A DNA stretch of 64,000 nt from an uncultured Candidatus Saccharibacteria bacterium (GTDB lineage Bacteria > Patescibacteriota > Dojkabacteria > GCA-016699595 > JBAXKR01): assembly GCA_964430225.1 (NCBI GenBank), contig CAYSFE010000001.1, positions 11,820 to 75,819 of the forward strand. Reading direction: 5' to 3'. Below, one piece after another: positions 40,392 to 48,332 of this stretch. Within the stretch, counting starts at the first letter, position 1, and each line of letters opens with the position of its first letter. Below the pieces are notes generated by a model. The model was not told where the DNA came from. It searched no databases and saw only the letters and a program-made list of their open reading frames with translations. The translations under genes were made by a program, and so were the position numbers.

Positions 40392-41546
40392 ATGGAACAA
40401 CTTAGTGATGAGGGAGATACAGCATTATCTTCATATTATGATGGTGTATTAAATAAACTTAGATTCAAGCAAGTTGGAGGAGTAAGTGAGTTTTTTGGTG
40501 GCCCACTTAATCTAGGAAATGGTTGTTCAGATTGGGTGTCACCTGCAGAAATTATTGATGAGTACGGGCGACAACAATATCATATTATATATCTCAATAC
40601 TAACCCATCTAATGATAATATAAATGTTCCGGTTACCCTTTTAAGACTAGATGAGATGGCCTTAAAGTTAGCCTCTGAAGCGGATGCAAGAAAAAACATT
40701 GTTGCTAAACTTCTTAATTCCACTTCACCAAGAATAATTATAAGACCTACCTCAACAGGTATGCTTTATTATCCTAGTGCTAGCCTTCCAACAGAAGATA
40801 AAGAAAATTTAATTTTTGAAAGAACTGATAAAACCTTAGATGCCTTAGGTTTAGGTCCAATCGTAGAAATTACTGACTTGCGCTTTAGTAAAACAGCTGC
40901 AGAAATAGTGCCTTTGTCAGGGGGAGTATCATCGGCTGGTGAACAAGTCTACAGTTCTGAGTTTGGTGACTTAATTGTTACTAGTTACATTCTAAGTAAT
41001 GATACTTGGAAATACTACCAAGTAATTTCATCTTTTCCATTGTCAGGAATTGAGAGAAATCGAGTTGTTCCAATGCGATTGGATTCAGGTTGTGATATTG
41101 GTCAGATATACAGAGACTTAGGTTGTGATTGTAGTGATCAATTACATCGTGCTATAGAAAAAACAATATCTGAGGGAGGAATTATTATTCATTTACCAAC
41201 TCAAGATGGTAGAGGATATGGTATGGTGACAAAAATGGAGACTGAGGGATTAAAAAGTGGTGTACAAGTTGTTACCAACTCTCAAAATTTAGTACCAATG
41301 GATACAATTCAGGCTGCAAAATCACTACTAGGAGAAGCATTTGATATTCGAACATATTTAGGTGTAGGTAGACTTCTTAATACACTTGGTATTGACCAAG
41401 TTCAGCTTTACACAAATAATAGGAAAAAGATTGCAGGTTTAGAGAGAATGGGTATTGGTGTAACAAGGCTTTCAGCTGTAGGTAATCCAGAAAATGTTCA
41501 TATAAAAGCTAAATTAGCTCATAACGATATATACATCAAGGACTAG
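40392..41546 (+). CDS. GTP cyclohydrolase II-like enzyme with ~180-aa extra N-terminal region
   Basis: Zinc site 'RLDSGCDIGQIYRDLGCDCSDQL' (matches RibA C-x10-C-x-C); 'HLPTQDGRGYGMVTKME' (RibA 'LRQEGRGIGL' Arg nucleophile region); 'VQLYTNNRKK' (like 'RLLTNNPKK'). Confidence 0.6.
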   Translation: MEQLSDEGDTALSSYYDGVLNKLRFKQVGGVSEFFGGPLNLGNGCSDWVSPAEIIDEYGRQQYHIIYLNTNPSNDNINVPVTLLRLDEMALKLASEADARKNIVAKLLNSTSPRIIIRPTSTGMLYYPSASLPTEDKENLIFERTDKTLDALGLGPIVEITDLRFSKTAAEIVPLSGGVSSAGEQVYSSEFGDLIVTSYILSNDTWKYYQVISSFPLSGIERNRVVPMRLDSGCDIGQIYRDLGCDCSDQLHRAIEKTISEGGIIIHLPTQDGRGYGMVTKMETEGLKSGVQVVTNSQNLVPMDTIQAAKSLLGEAFDIRTYLGVGRLLNTLGIDQVQLYTNNRKKIAGLERMGIGVTRLSAVGNPENVHIKAKLAHNDIYIKD

Positions 41547-41549
41547 TAT

Positions 41550-42437
41550 ATGACTGATACTCCCGAGTTTAATTTAAAACCCAAAACAGTATTTGAAAAA
41601 ATCAGATCCAGATGGATAACTATTGACTCTATGGCAGGAGTTGGACTAGACCCTGTTCCTGAAAGAATTCCTGAAGAAATTTGGCAACAAGTCGGGAGCA
41701 AACATAATTATGGTGATGCATTTTCTTTATTTAACCAAATGATTATAGAAGCAACTGCACCTCATGCTATTGACTATAAAGTCAATTCTAATTTCTATCA
41801 AGGAGCACAAGGAAGAAAAGCATTACAAGAAACCTTTGATTACCTGAAAAGAAATCATCCAGATATAGTTCGTGTATGTGACGGAAAATTCGCTGATGTT
41901 GGAAATACTGCAGAAGTTATTGCTGAAGAAGTATTTGGTAATTTAGATGCTGATGCTGTTTTACTTAATCCATATTTGGGATTTGATGCTATTAAACCTT
42001 TTTTAAAATATAAAGGTAAGGCAATAATTCTATGCATTAATACTTCTAACCAATCGGCTAGTGACATACAAAACCTAAGATTAGATTCAGGTGTCCCTCT
42101 TTGGAGACATATATTGACTATTTCAATGACTGAATGGAATCAATATGAAAATATTATTCCTGTATTAAGTGCAACACACCCTGATAACCTTGTTGGTATT
42201 AGAGGAGTAATTGGACAAGCCCCAATACTTTTAGCAGGAGTGGGTAATCAGGGAGGGGATTTGTCACAAAGTATTCCACATTGTTTAGATGATAATGGTT
42301 ACGGTATGATGATAAGTTCATCCAGAGGTATACTATACCCAGAACGATTTGAAGGTGAAGGCTTTTTAAGTGCTTCAAAAAGGGCAGTGATTGAATTGAA
42401 AGATTTAATAAATGAGGCTAAAAGAAATTTATTTTAA
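41550..42437 (+). CDS. pyrF: orotidine 5'-phosphate decarboxylase, type 2 (or ODCase-suprafamily enzyme)
   Basis: 'MAGVGLDP' N-terminal block; catalytic 'CDGKFADVGNT' (DxKxxD); 'LNPYLGFDAIKPFL'; 'ILCINTSNQSASD'; 'SSSRGI'. Confidence 0.55.
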   Translation: MTDTPEFNLKPKTVFEKIRSRWITIDSMAGVGLDPVPERIPEEIWQQVGSKHNYGDAFSLFNQMIIEATAPHAIDYKVNSNFYQGAQGRKALQETFDYLKRNHPDIVRVCDGKFADVGNTAEVIAEEVFGNLDADAVLLNPYLGFDAIKPFLKYKGKAIILCINTSNQSASDIQNLRLDSGVPLWRHILTISMTEWNQYENIIPVLSATHPDNLVGIRGVIGQAPILLAGVGNQGGDLSQSIPHCLDDNGYGMMISSSRGILYPERFEGEGFLSASKRAVIELKDLINEAKRNLF

Positions 42438-43095
42438 TATTTTTATAAACATGAATCTAACTGAATTATCCGGAGTAAATTTTGAAGATATTGCCAGAGT
42501 ACATAATCAAGTAGATCAGCTTAGGACTTTAAGAAGAAATAAATTATTTGTTTTATTATTAGGTCCATCTGGTGTCGGTAAAACTACAATAATAAAAGCT
42601 TTAAATGATCAAACAAATGGAAAGTATCCATATATATCGCCTTATATAACAAGAGATTTAAGACCAGGAGAAACTGAAAAGACTGCAATAAGTGAGACTG
42701 AATTTGACAAACTAGAACAAGCTGGAGAATTTGTAATTGTTAATGCTTTATATGGAGTAAGGTATGGAACTCCATTAAAGACTATCACAAACTGCTTAGC
42801 ATCAGGAAGAGTTCCTATATTGGACTTTCCACTCGAAAAAGTAGCCAAATTACGTAGGAAAGAATTTGACCTGTTAAACATATATGTTTTTCCTCCTAAC
42901 ATAGCTGAATGGCGGTCAAGACTTGAAAAAGAAAATAGAAATAATTCAAATAGATTTGAACAGGGTGTTGACGAACTTGGGATGCTTTCTCAATTAACTA
43001 AACCCCATCCCGATATTCATTATTCAGTAGTTAGTAGAAGTGGAGATATACCTAAAATTGCTAATATAATCAATACCATAATAAGTTCTATATAA
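42412..43095 (+). CDS. guanylate kinase-like nucleoside monophosphate kinase (start may be Met at 42451)
   Basis: P-loop 'LLLGPSGVGKTT'; 'SPYITRDLRPGE' (S-TTR-PRPGE-like); 'YGVRYGT'; 'ILDF'; 'YVFPPN'; LID 'WRSRLEKENR'. Confidence 0.55.
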   Translation: MRLKEIYFNIFINMNLTELSGVNFEDIARVHNQVDQLRTLRRNKLFVLLLGPSGVGKTTIIKALNDQTNGKYPYISPYITRDLRPGETEKTAISETEFDKLEQAGEFVIVNALYGVRYGTPLKTITNCLASGRVPILDFPLEKVAKLRRKEFDLLNIYVFPPNIAEWRSRLEKENRNNSNRFEQGVDELGMLSQLTKPHPDIHYSVVSRSGDIPKIANIINTIISSI

Positions 43096-43136
43096 AGGTA
43101 TTTATTTGATTAGTTCCCTTGAAAATATTAATAATC

Positions 43137-43508
43137 TTACCTTAACTTCTGTTTGTGAAAAGTTCCCCTATTTAATCTAAATGCCAATCTTCTTTCTGGA
43201 GCATATACCATTGGTACACCTATAAGTGATTTACAACTTTCACATACTAAATTTGGCATGTCTTTAGTCCCCACAATTTTAGGGTCACTACTTAAAGAGG
43301 CTAGTTTAGGAGGCCATAAAATTCTATCTAAATAAGACCTTAGTAGTGCACCAATTCCATCTTTTTGATATATCATTAATCTTGTGTTACATCTTGCACA
43401 TGATATATCTAATAACTCAGAATTACCGCCTCTTGCTTTTCTATATCCATCTTTCTTTATGTGAAAATCAGATGGTTTTGGACCTTTAATGTTTCCTTCT
43501 AGTTCCAT
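43137..43508 (-). CDS. hypothetical protein with CxxC...CxxC zinc-ribbon
   Basis: 'CARCNT' and 'CESCKS' pairs. Confidence 0.4.
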   Translation of the reverse strand: MELEGNIKGPKPSDFHIKKDGYRKARGGNSELLDISCARCNTRLMIYQKDGIGALLRSYLDRILWPPKLASLSSDPKIVGTKDMPNLVCESCKSLIGVPMVYAPERRLAFRLNRGTFHKQKLR

Positions 43509-43580
43509 ATTTTAGTAAAATGTTTATAAATATTTTGAGTTTGTTTATTGTACACTATAATTTCAATTATTATAAGTCAT

Positions 43581-44108
43581 TTAGTATAGTTCAGGATTAA
43601 CGAAGGGAATTAGGGCAAGTATTGTAGCTAAGGTAAAAGAATCTTCCCTTGTTACTAGTCCATGTGTAAGTATTCCTATTGCTCCATTTCTTACTTTAGA
43701 GTTCTTCCTGCCGAATACAATATCATCTGCAACTCCCAGTTCTTTTCCACTTTTTATTAGCATAGTTACAGCTTGAGGCAATGGGGGAGAGGGAGACCTT
43801 CCTTTACCAATCAATTTTTTACCTTTAACACTAACCCATCCAAAAGCATATAGGGAACCATCTAGTTCTTCAAGTCCGCCCTCTAATCCTACATAGTAAT
43901 CAGCACCAGGGTATTTCTTATATGCATTAATAGCTCTATTAAGAGATCCTTTAATAGTTTGTTCATTACCCATTGGTTGAGAGGGTACACCTGATGGTAC
44001 ATCTACACCCTCTATCTTAAACTTTTCATTTTTAAATACTTTCTTAAAAGCTTTTAAGGTAGCTTTTATCTTTACTGGATTTCTTGATCCTACTATTATC
44101 TTTTTCAT
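43581..44108 (-). CDS. inosine/xanthosine triphosphatase (YjjX family non-canonical NTP pyrophosphatase)
   Basis: Near-collinear with E. coli YjjX blocks: 'GSRNPVKIKA', 'VPSGVPSQPMGNEQT', 'YVGLEGG', 'ATILALIPF'. Confidence 0.65.
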   Translation of the reverse strand: MKKIIVGSRNPVKIKATLKAFKKVFKNEKFKIEGVDVPSGVPSQPMGNEQTIKGSLNRAINAYKKYPGADYYVGLEGGLEELDGSLYAFGWVSVKGKKLIGKGRSPSPPLPQAVTMLIKSGKELGVADDIVFGRKNSKVRNGAIGILTHGLVTREDSFTLATILALIPFVNPELY

Positions 44109-44172
44109 ATGGTTTATTTAATATGGGGTTATAGTAACAGAGTTTATAAAGTTACTCAAAATATCTGAAACT

Positions 44173-44613
44173 TTATAAAGTTAGAGGTATTTTATCTAAA
44201 TCCCCATTTATGACAATAGGACTCATAACTATTATCTCATCCTTATATGCCATCTCTGGAATAGGGTAGAGAAGGTATATAGGTTTTCTTAATACATATG
44301 CAAAACCTATTTCTAAAAATGTATTTCCTCCAATATATCCTTCAATATTCTTTTTAGTATAGTTAGCTATTAGAACACAATCTGATTCTTTAATCTTTTC
44401 AAAGTATTTCCTAATAGCGTCATATTTCATTTTAGCTTTATATCCCTCTCCTTTGTCTACACTTTCTAAGTGTTCTTTCATTGTTCGCTCTCCACTTAGT
44501 ATCCTCATAGCTCCATCTGGTATTTCTACAACATGACCTTTCTCAACAAGCTTATCAGATAGCTCTTTCATCTCTTTAGTGAATTGTATTGAACCACAGA
44601 TAGTAATTTTCAT
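44173..44613 (-). CDS. nucleoside 2-deoxyribosyltransferase-like / dNMP N-glycosidase (Rcl-like) fold protein
   Basis: 'MKITICGS' start; 'SDCVLIANY...GGNTFLEIGFAYVLRKPIYLL' matches the D..GT.FE.G.A...KP motif of PF05014-type proteins. Confidence 0.45.
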   Translation of the reverse strand: MKITICGSIQFTKEMKELSDKLVEKGHVVEIPDGAMRILSGERTMKEHLESVDKGEGYKAKMKYDAIRKYFEKIKESDCVLIANYTKKNIEGYIGGNTFLEIGFAYVLRKPIYLLYPIPEMAYKDEIIVMSPIVINGDLDKIPLTL

Positions 44614-44646
44614 ATTAGTTGATTTAAAACTTAGTTATTCTATTTC

Positions 44647-45201
44647 CTATTGTTTACTCTTTCTTATAGCTTTGATAATCCTGTAAACCAAGTAAATTAC
44701 TAAAGTAATTACAGTAATATCAAAAGCAAGATAGAATAATGGGAAAGGCGTATTTTTAGCACATACAGCAGCACAGCCATAACCTGACTGATTAACTATT
44801 CCAAATGGATTTAAATAGCTATGACGATCGCAAGGGCTTCCACAATCAAGTTTTAAATTCCACAAAACAAACGTTATTGCTGACTCTATTATTAGGATAG
44901 GAACTACTATAGATATTTTAAGTTTAGGACTAAGTTTATTTTTAACAAACTTAATCAATTTAAAAAGTAAATATCCTACTATAGTGAGAATTAATATATC
45001 AAACATAAGATAAAAGTTTTGATGAGGTACATTTTCAAAAACATTAAGGCATAGTTCCTTTGTTGGATGCCATCCAAATGGGTTTAAGAAAGTATATGGT
45101 TCACACATATCCACATACTGTGTTTTCATGAAGAATAGTATGATAGTAATAATAGATTCTACCAAAAGTAGCAATAGTATTGGAGTAAACTTTATTTTCA
45201 T
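44647..45201 (-). CDS. membrane protein with duplicated Cys-containing module
   Basis: Two similar halves, each TM - 'NPFG...C...F(Y)LMFDI' - TM. Confidence 0.4.
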   Translation of the reverse strand: MKIKFTPILLLLLVESIITIILFFMKTQYVDMCEPYTFLNPFGWHPTKELCLNVFENVPHQNFYLMFDILILTIVGYLLFKLIKFVKNKLSPKLKISIVVPILIIESAITFVLWNLKLDCGSPCDRHSYLNPFGIVNQSGYGCAAVCAKNTPFPLFYLAFDITVITLVIYLVYRIIKAIRKSKQ

Positions 45202-45308
45202 TATTAATGTATTAATAACTATTTTTTAAAATCATTACCCAAAGATATTGTACAATAGATATTAGAAAAATAGTTAAGGACGTATATATTATCTATTACT
45301 AATACCTA

Positions 45309-45719
45309 ATGATACAAATGCCTAAAGCATTAGCTCCATATGCTAAACACTTAGAAGAAGAGGGATATAAAGTCACTACTACTGAAGAAAGTATAATCAC
45401 GGAAAAAGATGGTAACCAAGTAATATTTGTAGCTTCTGAAGTACCTGCTTATATAATAGCAATGGTAAAGTATGATTTAAATCAAAGTGCATATCTTGCA
45501 AATAAGTTAGAAGCTTTAGAGATAGTAAACTCAATAAATACTTATGATATACCAAGTTGTTACATTGGAGAGAACAGTGACCAGCCTTACTTAGCAATAA
45601 CTTGGCCTTACTTTGGAGAGTATAATAAAGATATATTTCATACTTTCATGTTACAAGTACAATTTGACGAAGTAATAATACTAAAAGAAATGCATGAGAG
45701 TTTAAAGAAGTTCATGTAA
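45309..45719 (+). CDS. hypothetical protein
   Basis: 136-aa ORF. Confidence 0.4.
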   Translation: MIQMPKALAPYAKHLEEEGYKVTTTEESIITEKDGNQVIFVASEVPAYIIAMVKYDLNQSAYLANKLEALEIVNSINTYDIPSCYIGENSDQPYLAITWPYFGEYNKDIFHTFMLQVQFDEVIILKEMHESLKKFM

Positions 45720-45740
45720 AGACAATTAAGTGTCTTTAAA

Positions 45741-46058
45741 CTATAGTTGGTCATATTTCTTGTTACTTCCTTTTGCCTTAGATACAGGATATTTCTTAAT
45801 ATTCTTAGCTAGTTTCTTAAGTATTATATCTTCAATATCTACATTAAGACTTTCAGCCATTAGAACAGAGTATATTATTATATCTGCCAATTCTTCATTT
45901 ACTTCTCCTTGCATAGCTACATCATCCCATTGATAACATTCTAATAGTTCTCCAGCTTCTATAGATAAAGACTTAGCTAGATTCTCTGGAGTATGAAACT
46001 TCTTCCATTCTCTTTCATCTCTAAACTTTAATATTTTCTTAATTAAGCTAGGATTCAT
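45741..46058 (-). CDS. MazG-like all-alpha nucleotide pyrophosphohydrolase
   Basis: 'FRDEREWKKFHTPENLAKSLSIEAGELLE...EELADIIIY...KKLAKNIKKYP', the characteristic small MazG-family layout. Confidence 0.55.
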   Translation of the reverse strand: MNPSLIKKILKFRDEREWKKFHTPENLAKSLSIEAGELLECYQWDDVAMQGEVNEELADIIIYSVLMAESLNVDIEDIILKKLAKNIKKYPVSKAKGSNKKYDQL

Positions 46059-46132
46059 AGATGAGAAATAATAAATAATTACTTAAACACAGGTATTATA
46101 TTGCTATTAAAGGGAATTAACAATAACTGCCT

Positions 46133-46159
46133 CAACTTGTAAGAAAACCTTACAAGTTG
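46133..46159. repeat. perfect 11-bp inverted repeat hairpin CAACTTGTAAG-aaaac-CTTACAAGTTG
   Basis: Read directly; lies between the MazG-like and RhuM genes. Confidence 0.6.
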
Positions 46160-46172
46160 ATATATCTTACTA

Positions 46173-46238
46173 AATGTATACAAAGTACACTAGTTTGTAT
46201 CTTTTGATTAAAGCAATGTATACAAACTTTCTATTTTA
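46173..46238. repeat. ~65-bp structured repeat unit, copy 1 (hairpin + conserved 25-mer overlapping the RhuM stop codon)
   Basis: AATGTATACAAAGTAC...TTTGTAT hairpin, then CAATGTATACAAACTTTCTATTTTA (46214-46238). 23/25 identity to copy 2. Confidence 0.55.
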
Positions 46239-47279
46239 TAGAACTGTTTTGTTATTAGGATCAATTAGTTTTTTAACTTCTTTGTCAAAGTCAGAAATAT
46301 AATTTTTATCCTGTATAGGTTTATATTTCTCATACTCACTTTCAGCAAATGACTTGGCCACTTCTGATGAAACTTTACCAGCATTTTTCAAGATATCTTT
46401 ATTATTAAATCTCAAAAATACATCAAGTTTTGTAGCCCAATCTTTCATAGTCATTGGGGTACCGTTTTCTGCCTGGTCTTCTGCATAATCCAAATACATA
46501 GTAACAATTCGGTTAAGTGCCTTGATCTCTTTTTCATTGAGATAGTTTTTTGCTATTACTACATCTGTCTTGAGTATTTTTCCCTTTGGAGCCTTTTTCC
46601 ATGTTGTTAAGCCCATATATTCTTTTTCATGAGAGACTCGATCTACAATCAGCTCAGCTGCTGTATTTTGATGAATAGCGTAATGCATCTTATTTTGAAC
46701 TGTAGCGAAGAAATCTTTAGTTGTTTGTGAATTAAGGTCATAATCTAAAGCAGTTACATAAATATCCGTTATTTTTTGATAAAAGTTTCTTTCACTTTCA
46801 CGAATATCTCTAATTTCAAGAATTAAATCTTCAAAATATTGCTTACTTAAGAATGAACCGTTTTTTAATCTTTCACTATCAAGTACATATCCACGAGTTG
46901 AGAAATCTTTCAATATTCTATTTGCCCATCGACGAAATTCTATTGCTCTTTCTGAGTTAACTTTAAATCCTATTGCTATGATTGCCTCTAAACTATAATG
47001 CTCAACATCTCTTTCCACTTTGCGTGAACCTTCAGTTTGAACTATTCGAAAATTTCGAATAGTTGAGTTCTCAACTAATTCCTTACTCATGAATATCTCT
47101 TTTATATGGTAGTTAATGGTGTTAATTTCAACACTAAAAAGTTTTGCAATTAATTTTTGTGTCAGCCAAATATTCCCATCCTCAACCCTTACTTCAATAC
47201 TATCTTGGCCAGATTGTAGGGTAAATATTAAAAATTCTGAAGTACTATTTCTTATCATTAAGTTTTTACTATTTGGCAT
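46236..47279 (-). CDS. RhuM-family protein (virulence/defence-island associated)
   Basis: N-terminal 'IEVRVEDGNIWLTQKLIAKLFSVEINTINYHIKEIF', typical of the RhuM/Fic-associated family. 347 aa. Confidence 0.55.
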   Translation of the reverse strand: MPNSKNLMIRNSTSEFLIFTLQSGQDSIEVRVEDGNIWLTQKLIAKLFSVEINTINYHIKEIFMSKELVENSTIRNFRIVQTEGSRKVERDVEHYSLEAIIAIGFKVNSERAIEFRRWANRILKDFSTRGYVLDSERLKNGSFLSKQYFEDLILEIRDIRESERNFYQKITDIYVTALDYDLNSQTTKDFFATVQNKMHYAIHQNTAAELIVDRVSHEKEYMGLTTWKKAPKGKILKTDVVIAKNYLNEKEIKALNRIVTMYLDYAEDQAENGTPMTMKDWATKLDVFLRFNNKDILKNAGKVSSEVAKSFAESEYEKYKPIQDKNYISDFDKEVKKLIDPNNKTVL

Positions 47280-47378
47280 GGTGTTTTATAGGTATTATAA
47301 GAATTATGATTATCCTAAAGTCGCTATTGGTATTTTACCTTAAAAGATCGTTTTAATAAAACTGAAGCTATTTACTAG

Positions 47379-47445
47379 GAATGTACTCAAAGTACCCTTG
47401 TTTGAGTACATTCATTCAGTCAATGTACACAAACTTTCCATTTTA
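47379..47445. repeat. ~65-bp structured repeat unit, copy 2 (13-bp inverted repeat GAATGTACTCAAA/TTTGAGTACATTC + conserved 25-mer overlapping the nuclease stop codon)
   Basis: CAATGTACACAAACTTTCCATTTTA at 47421-47445; same architecture as copy 1. Confidence 0.55.
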
Positions 47446-48171
47446 ATATTGTTTTGCCATCTTTTCTTGATACTCACACCATTCACACTCACTTGAATAT
47501 TCTGGTACCTTATCACTATTTAAACAACTTTTAATGTTTAAAAGGGTGGGTTCTATCCAGTTATCATTCCCTACATATGGTATTACTTTGATTTTAAACT
47601 CTAGCTTAGCATCAAATGCCTCTTTATCTTTTATTCCATTGCAATATACAAAGTATCCAGTATTAGATACTTTGAATTCATTTCTTCTTAGCAACCACTG
47701 ATATACCTCCATCTGTCTTTTATATCCCATCTGCCATTCTGAATCTAAGTTTACCTCTGTATCCTTGGCTGTTGATTTATAGTCGACGACATGGAGTTCT
47801 CCAATAGGATTTACCCATACATCATCTATAGCCCCATAAATATATAGGTTGGTTTTAGGATGAAGATACTGTACTCCAGTAAAGTTAGCTCTCCATATAT
47901 CTATATCCTTATGACTATATGGAATAGCATCTATTCCATATTTTTTCATTAAAGGATGCGTTTTTCCCTTTACCCTATGAGCATCAAATTCAAGTTTTAA
48001 TAAATGATCTACTGCAGAGTTAAGAGAGTATGGGGGAGAGGAGGGTCTCTTAATACCTAATTTCTTATCTAAATAGAAACATCTGGGACATTTAACATAT
48101 AGCTCTATACCAGTCCTACTTATCTTATATGAATCTTCACTATCTGTTTTATATACTCCTTTATATGGCAT
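47443..48171 (-). CDS. PD-(D/E)xK nuclease, Cas4/RecB-like with four Cys (CxxC...CxxC)
   Basis: 'GAIDD...ELHVVDYKST' (D...D/E-x-K); N-terminal 'CPRC' and C-terminal 'CEWC'. Confidence 0.5.
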   Translation of the reverse strand: MPYKGVYKTDSEDSYKISRTGIELYVKCPRCFYLDKKLGIKRPSSPPYSLNSAVDHLLKLEFDAHRVKGKTHPLMKKYGIDAIPYSHKDIDIWRANFTGVQYLHPKTNLYIYGAIDDVWVNPIGELHVVDYKSTAKDTEVNLDSEWQMGYKRQMEVYQWLLRRNEFKVSNTGYFVYCNGIKDKEAFDAKLEFKIKVIPYVGNDNWIEPTLLNIKSCLNSDKVPEYSSECEWCEYQEKMAKQY

Positions 48172-48270
48172 ATGTAGGTGATTATATATCTAGGGGTAAT
48201 AGGAAGCTACTATATATTTGTCATTAATATTAGCTACACTTTTCACTCTTTAATCTTAAATTCTTTCGCC

Positions 48271-48299
48271 TTGACAATCGGTTTCTTTCCGGTTAAACT
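48271..48299 (+). promoter_or_regulatory. candidate promoter of the LexA-methyltransferase gene (TTGACA-17 nt-TAAACT) with CGGTT direct repeats in spacer
   Basis: Consensus -35; weak -10; tCGGTTtctttcCGGTTaa inside the spacer could be an operator. Confidence 0.3.
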
Positions 48300-48332
48300 C
48301 CCGTAATAAATATACATTAACAATCAATTAAT

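Noticed and set aside
45716-45737. Terminator hairpin AAAGACA-attaag-TGTCTTT between convergent genes
   Set aside because: The stem is short and neither side has a clean U-tract. Plausible, but too weak to list as a feature.
46173-47445. Possible CRISPR array from the repeated ~65-bp units
   Set aside because: Only two copies, about 1.2 kb apart, separated by a full protein-coding gene. No regular repeat-spacer periodicity.
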